From: Candidatus Eremiobacteria bacterium
GTDB taxonomy: Bacteria; Vulcanimicrobiota; Vulcanimicrobiia; Vulcanimicrobiales; Vulcanimicrobiaceae
NCBI GenBank assembly: GCA_963737065.1
Contig: CAVTRC010000001.1
Coordinates: forward strand, 1,440,001-1,504,000
Reading direction: 5' to 3'
Length of the DNA stretch: 64,000 nucleotides
Shown: positions 9,647-18,461 of the stretch, in pieces
Layout of the letters: every line of letters starts with the position of its first letter
How positions within the stretch are numbered: the stretch's first letter is position 1
Translations under genes and position numbers: made by a program
The notes under the pieces: model-generated
Database searches by the model: none
What the model saw: the letters and a program-made list of their open reading frames with translations, nothing else
What the model was told of the DNA's origin: nothing

Positions 9647-10864
9647 CTACGACCCGCCGAGCGCAAGAAGTGATTCGGCCATCCGGTCCGCCGCGCCGAC
9701 GTGGGACGCGTAAAGTTCGCCCAGTCGGGATCGACTGCGAGCAATCCATTGGGGGTCGTCGTACCGTTCGAGCGCTACGCGCGCGACGCGTCCCGGCGTC
9801 AGCGTACCGTGCAACTCCACGATGAGCATGTCGTCGGCGTCGATATTGGGCTGCGTGTGGAAGCCGAAGCGCTTCGATACTCGCACTGCAACTTCGCGTT
9901 TGAGCGGCGCTCCGATCAGCGGAATGCGATCGAGATACGTGAGCGGTCCGTTGAACGTGATTTTTTCGGGAGCGTTGAGCGGCGTAATGGCGATCGTCGG
10001 AACACCGAGCGCCGCGAGCTCAATGCACTTCGTTCCGGGCAACGTAACGGCAAGCCGGCAACGCGTCGCGGCTGAGAGCGCGTTGCGCAGAATCGGAAAG
10101 CGAACGCCGCCGTCAACGCTCGTGAGAAAAGCGCGTCCGCCCTCTTCGAATACGTGCCCGCGCTGGGCAAACACGCGCGGATCTCCTCCAGCCTCGACCG
10201 CGTTGCGCACATCGGCGAGCGGCGTGAACGGGGAGATACCGAACCCAATGCCCAAGCCGGGACGCTCGCGGGCGATGCGAAGTGCCATCGTAAAGAAGAA
10301 CGGAATCATGTGCTCGACTTCGTAGCGGCGCGAACCGGGCATGACGAGGATGCCGTCATCCGGTGCGCCGGCTTCGAGCGGTTGCTGCGCTTCGAGCAGC
10401 GCACCGTCGATCGCGAGGTTGCCCACAATGTCGATACGGTCGTCGGGCGTTTGCCACCCGCGCAACTGTTCCGCGTTCTTCGCGTCCGCCGCAAAAAAGC
10501 GCGCGAATTTTTCGCGATAGCGGTTCTTCGAAAACTTGTACGTCGTCGCAACACCGCCGAGGCGCCCGTGGACGCGCAGCGCGTGCATCAAATCACCGCC
10601 GAGATACTGGACGACGTCGACGCTTCGCGGCGCACGTTCGATCGGACGCCCAAGCGCGTAGCGTAGATAGGTCTTCGGATCGTACACATGCGCACTGGGA
10701 TAGAGCCGCTGCGCGAGACCGGCTTCATAGCCCGTCGCGTAATCGTCCGGTACGCAAAAGAGATACACGTCGAGGCCGGGATCGCGTTCGTAGAGGCGTC
10801 GCACCAGCGGACGAAACCATCCCGCAATCTCTCCCGGCCCGTTTGCCGTAAACGCGATCCGCAC
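9647..10864 (-). CDS. Lipid-A-disaccharide synthase (LpxB)-related GT-B protein
   Basis: NGPGE N-terminal motif, IVGN, MPGSRRYE, LPGTKCIELAALGVP; located in the LPS cluster. Confidence 0.7.
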   Translation of the reverse strand: MRIAFTANGPGEIAGWFRPLVRRLYERDPGLDVYLFCVPDDYATGYEAGLAQRLYPSAHVYDPKTYLRYALGRPIERAPRSVDVVQYLGGDLMHALRVHGRLGGVATTYKFSKNRYREKFARFFAADAKNAEQLRGWQTPDDRIDIVGNLAIDGALLEAQQPLEAGAPDDGILVMPGSRRYEVEHMIPFFFTMALRIARERPGLGIGFGISPFTPLADVRNAVEAGGDPRVFAQRGHVFEEGGRAFLTSVDGGVRFPILRNALSAATRCRLAVTLPGTKCIELAALGVPTIAITPLNAPEKITFNGPLTYLDRIPLIGAPLKREVAVRVSKRFGFHTQPNIDADDMLIVELHGTLTPGRVARVALERYDDPQWIARSRSRLGELYASHVGAADRMAESLLALGGS

Positions 10865-10882
10865 CGAGTCGTCGCCGCAGTA

Positions 10883-11380
10883 CTACGACGCGTAACGAGC
10901 GATGATCTGCGCGATGACGTCGGTCGTGCTATGTCTCGCAAGATGAGGCGCTAAACGAATCTCGCCGCCGTGCTGCAGCACCACGGTGCGTTCGGGCAAC
11001 TCGTCTTCACGATACTGCGAACTTTTGACGTGGACGTCGGGACGGAGGCGCTCGAGCAGCACTTCGGGCGTGCGTTCGCCGAATTCGACGACGACGTCGA
11101 CGCTGCGCAGTCCCCGCAACACCGTCGCGCGATCTTCGAAGGGCACGAGTGGGCGGCGCTCGCCTTTGAGTGTGCGCACCGATGCATCGGAATTCAATCC
11201 GACGACGAGCGCATCGCCTTGCGCGCGTGCCCACGCAAGGTAGTTCACGTGTCCGGCATGGAGAACGTCGAAGCATCCATTGGTGAAGACGACGCGTTTG
11301 CCTTCGCGGCGCATCGCTTCACGCCAATGTGACGCCTCGTCAACGTCGAGCAGCCGGCCGAGGGACTTATCCGTGCTCAT
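10883..11380 (-). CDS. hldC: D-glycero-beta-D-manno-heptose 1-phosphate adenylyltransferase (RfaE domain II)
   Basis: VFTNGCFDVLHAGHV, GLNSDASVRTLKG, HSTT. Confidence 0.92.
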   Translation of the reverse strand: MSTDKSLGRLLDVDEASHWREAMRREGKRVVFTNGCFDVLHAGHVNYLAWARAQGDALVVGLNSDASVRTLKGERRPLVPFEDRATVLRGLRSVDVVVEFGERTPEVLLERLRPDVHVKSSQYREDELPERTVVLQHGGEIRLAPHLARHSTTDVIAQIIARYAS

Positions 11381-12350
11381 GCTCGACTAACGCAAGAATT
11401 TCGTCTGCCGAAGCGGTAGCAGTGCCGAGCTTTTCGACGACCGCGCCTGCCGCAAAGTTCGCAAGGTGCATCGCGCGTTCGATCGGTGCGCCGGCCGCGA
11501 GCGCGAGCGCGAGCACCGCGATGACGGTATCACCGGCGCCCGATACGTCGAAGACCTTGCGTGCAACGGACGGAACATTGAGACGCACGCCGTCGTCGCC
11601 GAAGAGCGCCATACCGTGCTCTCCGCGCGTGATGACGACGTACCGGCACTGCAGCGATTGCAGCAGCGCGGTTCCCACGCGCTCCAGTGACGCCTCGTCG
11701 GTAATCGCGACGCCGGTCGCGGCCGCCGCTTCGCTTACGTTGGGCGCGACGCACGTGACGCCCGCGAAGAGTGAGACGTTTTGCGGCTTCGGATCGGCAA
11801 GCACGAGCGGACACGCGCGCGCGGCGTCGACGATGTCCTCGTTTAACAGGCCTTTCGCGTAATCGCTCAGGATAACGGCGTCGACGCGCGCGGCGCGTTC
11901 GGCAACGTACCGCGCGATGCGGGCGTTGTCGGGACGCTGGATCGGAGCGACGACTTCCCAATCGGCACGCACCACTTGCTGATTGTGTGCGACGATGCGC
12001 GTCTTGCGCGTCGTTGGGCGGTCGCCCACGTTGAAGACGCCGTTGTCGTCTACGTGCTCCTCCGAAAGCAAACGCCGAACGTCGGCCGCGAAAGCATCGT
12101 CGCCGATTGTTCCGACGAATTCGACGTTCGCGTGGAGCGCGCGCAGGTTGTTCGCAACGTTCCCGGCGCCGCCGAGCGTAAAGGAATGATCGGTGACGGC
12201 GACCACGGGAACCGGCGCTTCGGGTGAAATGCGCGAAACGGTCCCCCAGATCCACTCGTCGAGCATCAGATCGCCGACGACGAGGATCTTGCGTCCGCGC
12301 ATACGGTCGAAGAGCGTGCGGGCGTCCGGAACTTGCAGCTGAACGCTCAT
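11367..12350 (-). CDS. hldA: D-glycero-beta-D-manno-heptose-7-phosphate kinase (RfaE domain I)
   Basis: GDLMLDEW, RISPEAPVPVV, GGAGNVA, LSDYAKG, VFDVSGAGDTV. Confidence 0.93.
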   Translation of the reverse strand: MSVQLQVPDARTLFDRMRGRKILVVGDLMLDEWIWGTVSRISPEAPVPVVAVTDHSFTLGGAGNVANNLRALHANVEFVGTIGDDAFAADVRRLLSEEHVDDNGVFNVGDRPTTRKTRIVAHNQQVVRADWEVVAPIQRPDNARIARYVAERAARVDAVILSDYAKGLLNEDIVDAARACPLVLADPKPQNVSLFAGVTCVAPNVSEAAAATGVAITDEASLERVGTALLQSLQCRYVVITRGEHGMALFGDDGVRLNVPSVARKVFDVSGAGDTVIAVLALALAAGAPIERAMHLANFAAGAVVEKLGTATASADEILALVEHEHG

Positions 12351-12943
12351 GCTGTTCCGTCGTCGAACATTAGGCGCTGTTCGACTAGATCGCAGACGAT
12401 GTGCGCCATCACCTGGTGCACCTCTTGAACGATCGCAGCATAGCCGTCGGGCCCAAGCAGCACGAGATCGCTGTGCTCGACGATCGTTCCGCCTCCGTTC
12501 CCCGTGAACGCGACCGTAACGGCGCCTTTCGCGCGCGCCGCTTCCATCGCGAGCACGACGTTCTTCGACGTGCCGCTCGTCGTCATACCGATCAATACAT
12601 CACCGGCTTGCACGAACGCTTCGACTTGCCGGCTGAAAATATGCTCGTAGCCGTAATCGTTACCGACGCACGTCAGCGTCGACGTGTTGACGGAGAGCGC
12701 TTCGCTATTGAGGCCCCGACGCTCGCGCAAATAGCGGCCGGAAAGTTCTGCGGCCATATGTTGCGCTTCCGCGGCGCTTCCGCCGTTACCGCACCAATAG
12801 ATGCGCTTTCCGGCGCGCAGCGCGGCGACGACCGCATCGACGATGGCTCGGACTTGTTCGCGATAGTGCGCTGCATCGAGCAATCCACGACGGTCGGCGA
12901 GCAGTGCGTCGAAATCGCGTTGCGCTTTGTAGTCGGTCGTCAC
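12347..12943 (-). CDS. gmhA: Phosphoheptose (sedoheptulose-7-P) isomerase
   Basis: CGNGGSAAEAQH, GNDYGY, TTSGTSKNV, QEVH. Start likely the GTG at 12943, overlapping the accB stop. Confidence 0.92.
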   Translation of the reverse strand: MTTDYKAQRDFDALLADRRGLLDAAHYREQVRAIVDAVVAALRAGKRIYWCGNGGSAAEAQHMAAELSGRYLRERRGLNSEALSVNTSTLTCVGNDYGYEHIFSRQVEAFVQAGDVLIGMTTSGTSKNVVLAMEAARAKGAVTVAFTGNGGGTIVEHSDLVLLGPDGYAAIVQEVHQVMAHIVCDLVEQRLMFDDGTA

Positions 12944-13395
12944 GGCTGAATCCAAAAAAGCTCCTCGCCTTGCGAAACCAGCTCACCATTCTCCGGAATG
13001 ATGCGCAGGACCGTCCCGGCGTAATCGCTTTGAATCTCGTTGAAGAGCTTCATCGCTTCGAGAATGCACACGACATCGCCGGCTTCGACGCGGTCGCCTG
13101 GGTTCACGAACGCTTCGGCATCCGGCGACGAGGATCGATAAAAAACGCCGGTCAGCGGCGCCGTGACGCGCTTCAGATTTGCCGGCGCGGCAGGCGGCGC
13201 ACCTGCAGCCGATCCTGGCGACGCCGCGGCTGCAACGGGCGCATGCGCGGCGGGTGCGACGACGTGTGCGCCCGCTTCACGACGCACTAATTCGTAGACC
13301 GCGTCACCGACTTTCACTTTGATGCGGTCGAGATCGTGCTCGTGCATGATCTCGAGCAGTGAAGCGATCGTCTCGGTCTCGTCTTCGTGTGCCAT
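12940..13395 (-). CDS. accB: Acetyl-CoA carboxylase biotin carboxyl carrier protein
   Basis: Ala/Pro-rich linker, APLTGVFYRS, biotinylation motif EAMKLFNEI. Start at MAHEDE (13395). Confidence 0.93.
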   Translation of the reverse strand: MAHEDETETIASLLEIMHEHDLDRIKVKVGDAVYELVRREAGAHVVAPAAHAPVAAAASPGSAAGAPPAAPANLKRVTAPLTGVFYRSSSPDAEAFVNPGDRVEAGDVVCILEAMKLFNEIQSDYAGTVLRIIPENGELVSQGEELFWIQP

Positions 13396-13399
13396 CTGC

Positions 13400-14671
13400 T
13401 TACTTTGCTTCGCCAAGGGCCGCCGCAACGTCTGCCGCACCGCCCAGCCGGACGCGCCGGTCCTCGCGCGTTTGCAAATCACGCACCACGATGTGACCGG
13501 CTGCGAGTTCGTCGCTGCCGACAATGAGCGCGAAGCGCGCGTTGTTCCGGTCCGCGATCTTTAGATGCGCGAGCAGTTTGCGATCTTCGTAGTCCATGAA
13601 GACCGGCGCTTCGAGCGAGCGCCGCAGTTCGATGGTAATCGGCACCAGCGCAGCGCGTGCTTGTGCGCCGAGTGCAATTGCCTGAACGCCGCTGCGCGGT
13701 AAGGCGCGCTCACCGTGCACCGCTTCGATCATCATCAAAAAGCGCTCGATTCCGAGCGCGAAACCGACCGCCGGCACATCCGGACCCCCAAGCGATTTCA
13801 CCAAGCCGTCGTATCGCCCGCCGCCGCACACGGTCGATTGGGCGCCCAGCGCACTGGACGTGATCTCGAACACGGTACGCGTGTAGTAATCCAAGCCGCG
13901 CACGATCATCGGATTGACGACGTACGGAATGCTCGATTCCTCGAGATACGCTTTGAGCGCGTTGAAGTGTTCGCGACATGCATCGCATAAGCGCGATTCG
14001 AAACTCGGCGCGGTTTCGACGAACGGCCGGTCGCGCTCGTCTTTACTGTCGAGCAGACGCAACGGATTGCGCTCGAGACGGCGTTGGGAATCGGGCGAGA
14101 GTTCGTGCAGATGCGGACGGAAGTGCGCGAGCAACGCTTCACGGTAGTTCGGACGGCACACGTCGTCGCCGATCGAATTGATATTGAGCTTGGCATCGAT
14201 GATGCCGTGGGCGCGCACGAGTTCCCAAGCGAGGCCAATCACCTCGAAATCGGCTTCAGGACCGGCGAAACCCGTGCACTCGACGCCGAACTGATGCGAC
14301 TGTCGATAACGCCCTTTCTGCGGGCGTTCGTATCGAAAGATCGGCCCGATGTAATAAAGCCGTTGCGGGCCCTGCGCAAAGAGATTGTGTTCGAGCGCGC
14401 CACGCATCACGGGAGCGGTCCATTCCGGACGCAGGGTCATCCAACGCTCGCCCTTGTCCGCAAACGTATACATCTCTTTCTCGACGATATCCGTCGTTTC
14501 GCCGACACCGCGAACGAACAGTTCCGTCGCTTCGAACATCGGCGTGCGAACCTCGCCGTAGCCGAAACGCCGCGCAAGATCGTGAATGACCGTCTCGAGC
14601 GCGAGCCATGCTCGTGAATTGGGCGGAAAAATGTCCTGGGTACCGCGCGGCGCGCTGATTTTGGACGGCAT
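13400..14671 (-). CDS. hisS: Histidine--tRNA ligase
   Basis: APRGTQD, LRPEWTA, FRYERPQKGRYRQ, VRGLDYY, GGGRYDGL, GFALGIER. Confidence 0.97.
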   Translation of the reverse strand: MPSKISAPRGTQDIFPPNSRAWLALETVIHDLARRFGYGEVRTPMFEATELFVRGVGETTDIVEKEMYTFADKGERWMTLRPEWTAPVMRGALEHNLFAQGPQRLYYIGPIFRYERPQKGRYRQSHQFGVECTGFAGPEADFEVIGLAWELVRAHGIIDAKLNINSIGDDVCRPNYREALLAHFRPHLHELSPDSQRRLERNPLRLLDSKDERDRPFVETAPSFESRLCDACREHFNALKAYLEESSIPYVVNPMIVRGLDYYTRTVFEITSSALGAQSTVCGGGRYDGLVKSLGGPDVPAVGFALGIERFLMMIEAVHGERALPRSGVQAIALGAQARAALVPITIELRRSLEAPVFMDYEDRKLLAHLKIADRNNARFALIVGSDELAAGHIVVRDLQTREDRRVRLGGAADVAAALGEAK

Positions 14672-14984
14672 GCGTTAGCACGCCCCAGAACGCATCGCGC
14701 ACCGGGTCTTCTTCGAGGCAAACGTTTTTTCGGGTGATCTCATCGTTGCTGCGTCGCTCACATATCGCAGAGCATATGCTCGCTCCTTGCGCCTCAATCT
14801 CACGCTGGTCTTTGCGGTCGGCGTGCGGTTTGCATTGTGCATCGTCGCGTCTCGCGCGGCGGCTGCGCGCTAAACACGAAACGGCCCGGGGGAATCGACC
14901 GCCACCGCTGGCCCTCGACGTCGACCCCGCATAGGCGACTGATTCGACCTCTAGACGAGATCGCACAGCTCGGGATGGAGCAGT

Positions 14985-16121
14985 ATGCGCGCTGCGATCT
15001 ACGTCGCTCTGCTCGTTGCCTGCATTGCCGCTGCACCCGAATTCACGCGTGCGGTGCTCGCGTCCGCGGCCGCCGTGCTCTTCGAAATGCTGCCGTACGC
15101 CGCTGCGACGGCGGTGCTCGCGCCGATCCTCGGTCGCTTTGCAGGGACAGTCCTGGCATATGCCGGTTGCGGCTGCAGTTCTGGCCCCGGCGCGCGCTCG
15201 ATTCCTGCGGCGCTTGCATGCGCCATGGTGTTCGGCCCGCACGTCGCACTCGCGCGGTGGCTCACGGCGATCGGCGTTGCAGCCGTGCGCGCCAGTCCAT
15301 CCGCGCACGAGCACCGGAGCGCGCCACTCGTTCACGAACTTGCGACGCTTGCGCCTGCGGCGTTGTTCGCGGGAGTGCTGACGGTCGCAGCACCATCACT
15401 TGCGATCGGACAGCGAACGCCCGCGCTGCAAGTCGTCGCCGGAGTTTTGCTCGGCTTTTTCGCGGCGCCGTGCGCGCTCGGCGGAATCGCGCTCGCGTCA
15501 TCGCTCCACGCGCAATCCGCGCTCGCAACCAGCGCAATGCTGTGCGTCGCCGGCATCGTCGACGTTCGCGTGTGGTGGAAGTCACACGCGTCGCATGCGC
15601 GTCCCGATCGCACAACGTATGCGTTGCTCGCGCTGGCGTGCGGTATCGTTGCGTTCCAGCACGGCGCTACGCTCGTGCATCCGCGCATGACCCTGCCGCT
15701 ATGCTGCTGCGCCGCCGTGTGCGCGATTCTCGCGTTTCGACGGAACATCGCGGCGGCGCGATTGCCACGTGTCATCGCCGCAGCGCTCGTAATCGTCGCG
15801 CTGCTCGGTTCACCGCCGCCGCCTCTCGTTGCGACCGAAGCGACGCTCGACACGCTCTATCCCGGTGAGCGCGTGGAGTTCACCGGTGCGTATGAGCCGC
15901 GCGCGGGCCGGGCGCAGGTTGTACGTTATGCAATTACGTGCTGCCGCGCGGACGCGCGTCCCGTCGGAGTCGAACTCGCAAACGCACCCGCAATTTCAAT
16001 CTCGCCGGGCATGTGGATCAGCGTGCGCGGAGTCGTGCAGCGGCGCGGCGATCAACTCATGCTCGTGGCCGAGCGGATCACGCGCGTCGCGCCGCCTGCC
16101 GATCCGTTCGTTTATCTGTGA
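14985..16121 (+). CDS. Membrane protein: DUF318 permease-like N-half fused to a DUF1980 (YcgQ)-like C-terminal domain
   Basis: FEMLPY...GCGC and APCA Cys motifs in a multi-TM region, LVHP, and C-terminal VRYAITCCRADA...W.SVRG...P.DPFVY. Confidence 0.65.
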   Translation: MRAAIYVALLVACIAAAPEFTRAVLASAAAVLFEMLPYAAATAVLAPILGRFAGTVLAYAGCGCSSGPGARSIPAALACAMVFGPHVALARWLTAIGVAAVRASPSAHEHRSAPLVHELATLAPAALFAGVLTVAAPSLAIGQRTPALQVVAGVLLGFFAAPCALGGIALASSLHAQSALATSAMLCVAGIVDVRVWWKSHASHARPDRTTYALLALACGIVAFQHGATLVHPRMTLPLCCCAAVCAILAFRRNIAAARLPRVIAAALVIVALLGSPPPPLVATEATLDTLYPGERVEFTGAYEPRAGRAQVVRYAITCCRADARPVGVELANAPAISISPGMWISVRGVVQRRGDQLMLVAERITRVAPPADPFVYL

Positions 16122-16143
16122 GCAGGGACGGGGAGAGACAACT

Positions 16144-16410
16144 ATGGCGAACGCAGGACTCGTCGAAGCGCTCGGTTATCTCGCCACCGCAATCGTTGCG
16201 ATCACGCAGCTTCCGCAACTCGCCAAGACGTTGCGCACGCACGACGTGAAGGGCCTTTCGCGCAACACATACGTGTTGATCGTGATCGGTTCCGCGCTCT
16301 ACGTTCCGTATGCCGTTGCAATCCACAGCATTCCCATTCTCATTACGAACGCCTGGATCGTCGTCGTTGCGGCCACGATCCTGAGCTACATCGTTCGCTA
16401 CGGTGATTAG
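16144..16410 (+). CDS. SemiSWEET / PQ-loop family transporter
   Basis: 88 aa, three TM helices, QLPQLAKTLRTHDVKGLS motif, PILITN. ATG at 16144. Confidence 0.85.
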   Translation: MANAGLVEALGYLATAIVAITQLPQLAKTLRTHDVKGLSRNTYVLIVIGSALYVPYAVAIHSIPILITNAWIVVVAATILSYIVRYGD

Positions 16411-16808
16411 GAGCGGTCGTCGCGCTTACGGGGCTCCAGCACTTCGACCGGAATGCCGTTGGGATCTTCGACGAATGCGATGGCGCGCGTGCCGCTGGGC
16501 GATCTGTAAACATCCTTGACGATTTTCACGCCGTTGCTTTTCAAGCGGGCGATGTAGGGTTCTAAATCGCCGTCGGACTCGATCGCTAAGTGCTCGTAGC
16601 GATTTCCCAGGTGATACGCCGGATGTTCTTCGAGATCGTAGACGAGCTCGATATACGCATTCCAATCATGACCGACGAAGGCCATGTCCGCGTTACCCGG
16701 ATAGTGGTGCGGGCCATCGAGCAGTTTCATCCCAAGCTTTCGCGTGTAGAAGTCGATCGATTCTTCCATGTCGTTCACGAAAATGGACGTATGAAGGAAT
16801 CGCGGCAT
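16407..16808 (-). CDS. VOC/glyoxalase family (lactoylglutathione lyase-like)
   Basis: FLHTSIFVNDMEESIDFY, IELVYD, YEHLAI, AFVEDPNGIPVEV. GGAGG RBS precedes the ATG at 16808. Confidence 0.88.
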   Translation of the reverse strand: MPRFLHTSIFVNDMEESIDFYTRKLGMKLLDGPHHYPGNADMAFVGHDWNAYIELVYDLEEHPAYHLGNRYEHLAIESDGDLEPYIARLKSNGVKIVKDVYRSPSGTRAIAFVEDPNGIPVEVLEPRKRDDRS

Positions 16809-16874
16809 TGAGTCTTCCTCCGAGCGGGTAGAACGAGGCAGTTCTTCGCGGATGTCTTTTGGAAATACCCGTCT

Positions 16875-18014
16875 ATGAAGCGCTACGATGCGGCCGTGAT
16901 CGGTCTCGGCGCAATGGGAAGCGCAGCGGCGGCGCATCTGGCGGCGCGAGGCGGGAGCGTGATCGGCCTCGAGCAGTATGCGCTCCTGCACGAGCTTGGT
17001 GCGTCGGCCGGCCGGACGCGCATCATCCGCAAAGCGTACTTCGAAGACGTGGCGTACGTCCCGCTGCTGGAGCGCGCGTACGAACTGTGGCACGATCTCG
17101 AGCATCGAACGGGGCGCACGCTCCTCGACCTCTGCGGCGTGCTCGTCGTCGGAAGCAACGCAACCGATGCGGCGCGCGGCGTTCTGCTCGCATCCGAACA
17201 ATATGGCATCGAAGTGCGCGTGATGGATGCGCCGGAACTCCGCCGCGCGTATCCGCAGATTCGCCCGCTCGATAATGAGATCGGCATCTTCGAACCGAAC
17301 GCCGGCATCGTATTTCCCGAAGCAGCGATTGCAGCACAGCTCGAGGTCGCGCGCGCGCGCGGCGCGACGTTGATCGGGAACACGCGCGTGACCGGATGGC
17401 AGCGCCGCCGTGCATCGCTCGTTATCGACGTCGACGGCAGGCCGGAATACGAAGTCGATCGCATTGTCGTGTGCGCGGGTCCGTGGACGTCCGAGATATT
17501 TGCGCGTTTAGGACTACCGATCACCGTGCAGCGCAACGTGCAATATTGGTTTACACCACAGACGGATGCGTTTTCAGCGGACCGTTTTCCGGCCTTCTTC
17601 GTCGAGCGTGCGGGCTTGCCGGCCCAGCTCTACGGATTCCCCGATCTTGGCGACGGTGTGAAAGCCGCGCTGCACGGCTACGGTCAGACGACGACGGCGG
17701 ACGATTTGAACCGTGACGTCGAGCCGTGGGAAGTTGCAGAGATGCGCGAGCTGCTCGAGGGCTGGATGCCCACTGCCGCGGGCGAACTGCGATTTGTCAA
17801 AGCCTGCATGTATGCGATGACGCCGGATCACCATTTTGCGATCGGCACAGATCGTGAGGACGCTTGCGTCGTGTTTGCCGCCGGGTTCTCGGGACACGGA
17901 TTCAAGTTTGCGCCCGTGATCGGTGAACTGCTTGCACAACTTGCGCTCGACGGCGCGACCGGGCTCGATATCGATTTTCTTTCACCCGTACGCTTTACGA
18001 AGGAGCTCATGTGA
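16875..18014 (+). CDS. solA: N-methyl-L-tryptophan / monomeric sarcosine oxidase family flavoprotein
   Basis: GLGAMGSAAA FAD motif, GRTRIIRKAY, CMYAMTPDHHF, GFSGHGFKFAPVIG. Confidence 0.85.
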   Translation: MKRYDAAVIGLGAMGSAAAAHLAARGGSVIGLEQYALLHELGASAGRTRIIRKAYFEDVAYVPLLERAYELWHDLEHRTGRTLLDLCGVLVVGSNATDAARGVLLASEQYGIEVRVMDAPELRRAYPQIRPLDNEIGIFEPNAGIVFPEAAIAAQLEVARARGATLIGNTRVTGWQRRRASLVIDVDGRPEYEVDRIVVCAGPWTSEIFARLGLPITVQRNVQYWFTPQTDAFSADRFPAFFVERAGLPAQLYGFPDLGDGVKAALHGYGQTTTADDLNRDVEPWEVAEMRELLEGWMPTAAGELRFVKACMYAMTPDHHFAIGTDREDACVVFAAGFSGHGFKFAPVIGELLAQLALDGATGLDIDFLSPVRFTKELM

Positions 18015-18015
18015 A

Positions 18016-18369
18016 ATGAACGACCTTGCGGCCAAAGATTGCGTACCATGCCGCGGAGGCATCCCGCCGCTCAACGACACAGAGATCGAGCCGTTGATCG
18101 CGCAACTTCCAGGATGGAACGTCGAGGAGCGCGCGTCGCCGAAATTCGGCAGTGTGAAATATCTCACGCGCGAATATCGTTTCACGAACTTCGCTGAGGC
18201 GATGAACGCGGCGAATGCGGTGGCCAAAATTGCCGAAGAGCAGCAGCATCACCCCGATCTTCACGTCGCATGGGGACGGCTCGGCGTCGAGATGTGGACG
18301 CATAAGATCGGGGGACTGACCGAGAGCGACTTCGTCTTCGCGGCAAAGTGCGACGCTGTTCTAACGTAA
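18016..18369 (+). CDS. phhB: Pterin-4-alpha-carbinolamine dehydratase
   Basis: CVPCRGG, AEEQQHHPDL, WTHKIGGLTESDFVFAAK. ATG at 18016. Confidence 0.9.
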   Translation: MNDLAAKDCVPCRGGIPPLNDTEIEPLIAQLPGWNVEERASPKFGSVKYLTREYRFTNFAEAMNAANAVAKIAEEQQHHPDLHVAWGRLGVEMWTHKIGGLTESDFVFAAKCDAVLT

Positions 18370-18461
18370 CGACTTTGGACGAATTTCCGTGAACGTTCGC
18401 CGCTTTCTCGGAGAGAGCGGCACTGTAGCCTCAGCGCGAGAACGAGTGATCGGACGCCGTT

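Noticed and set aside
14672..14984. T-box riboswitch or tRNA upstream of hisS
   Set aside because: No GGTGGNACC T-box sequence with antiterminator, and the GGTCGATTCCC stretch cannot be folded into a cloverleaf.
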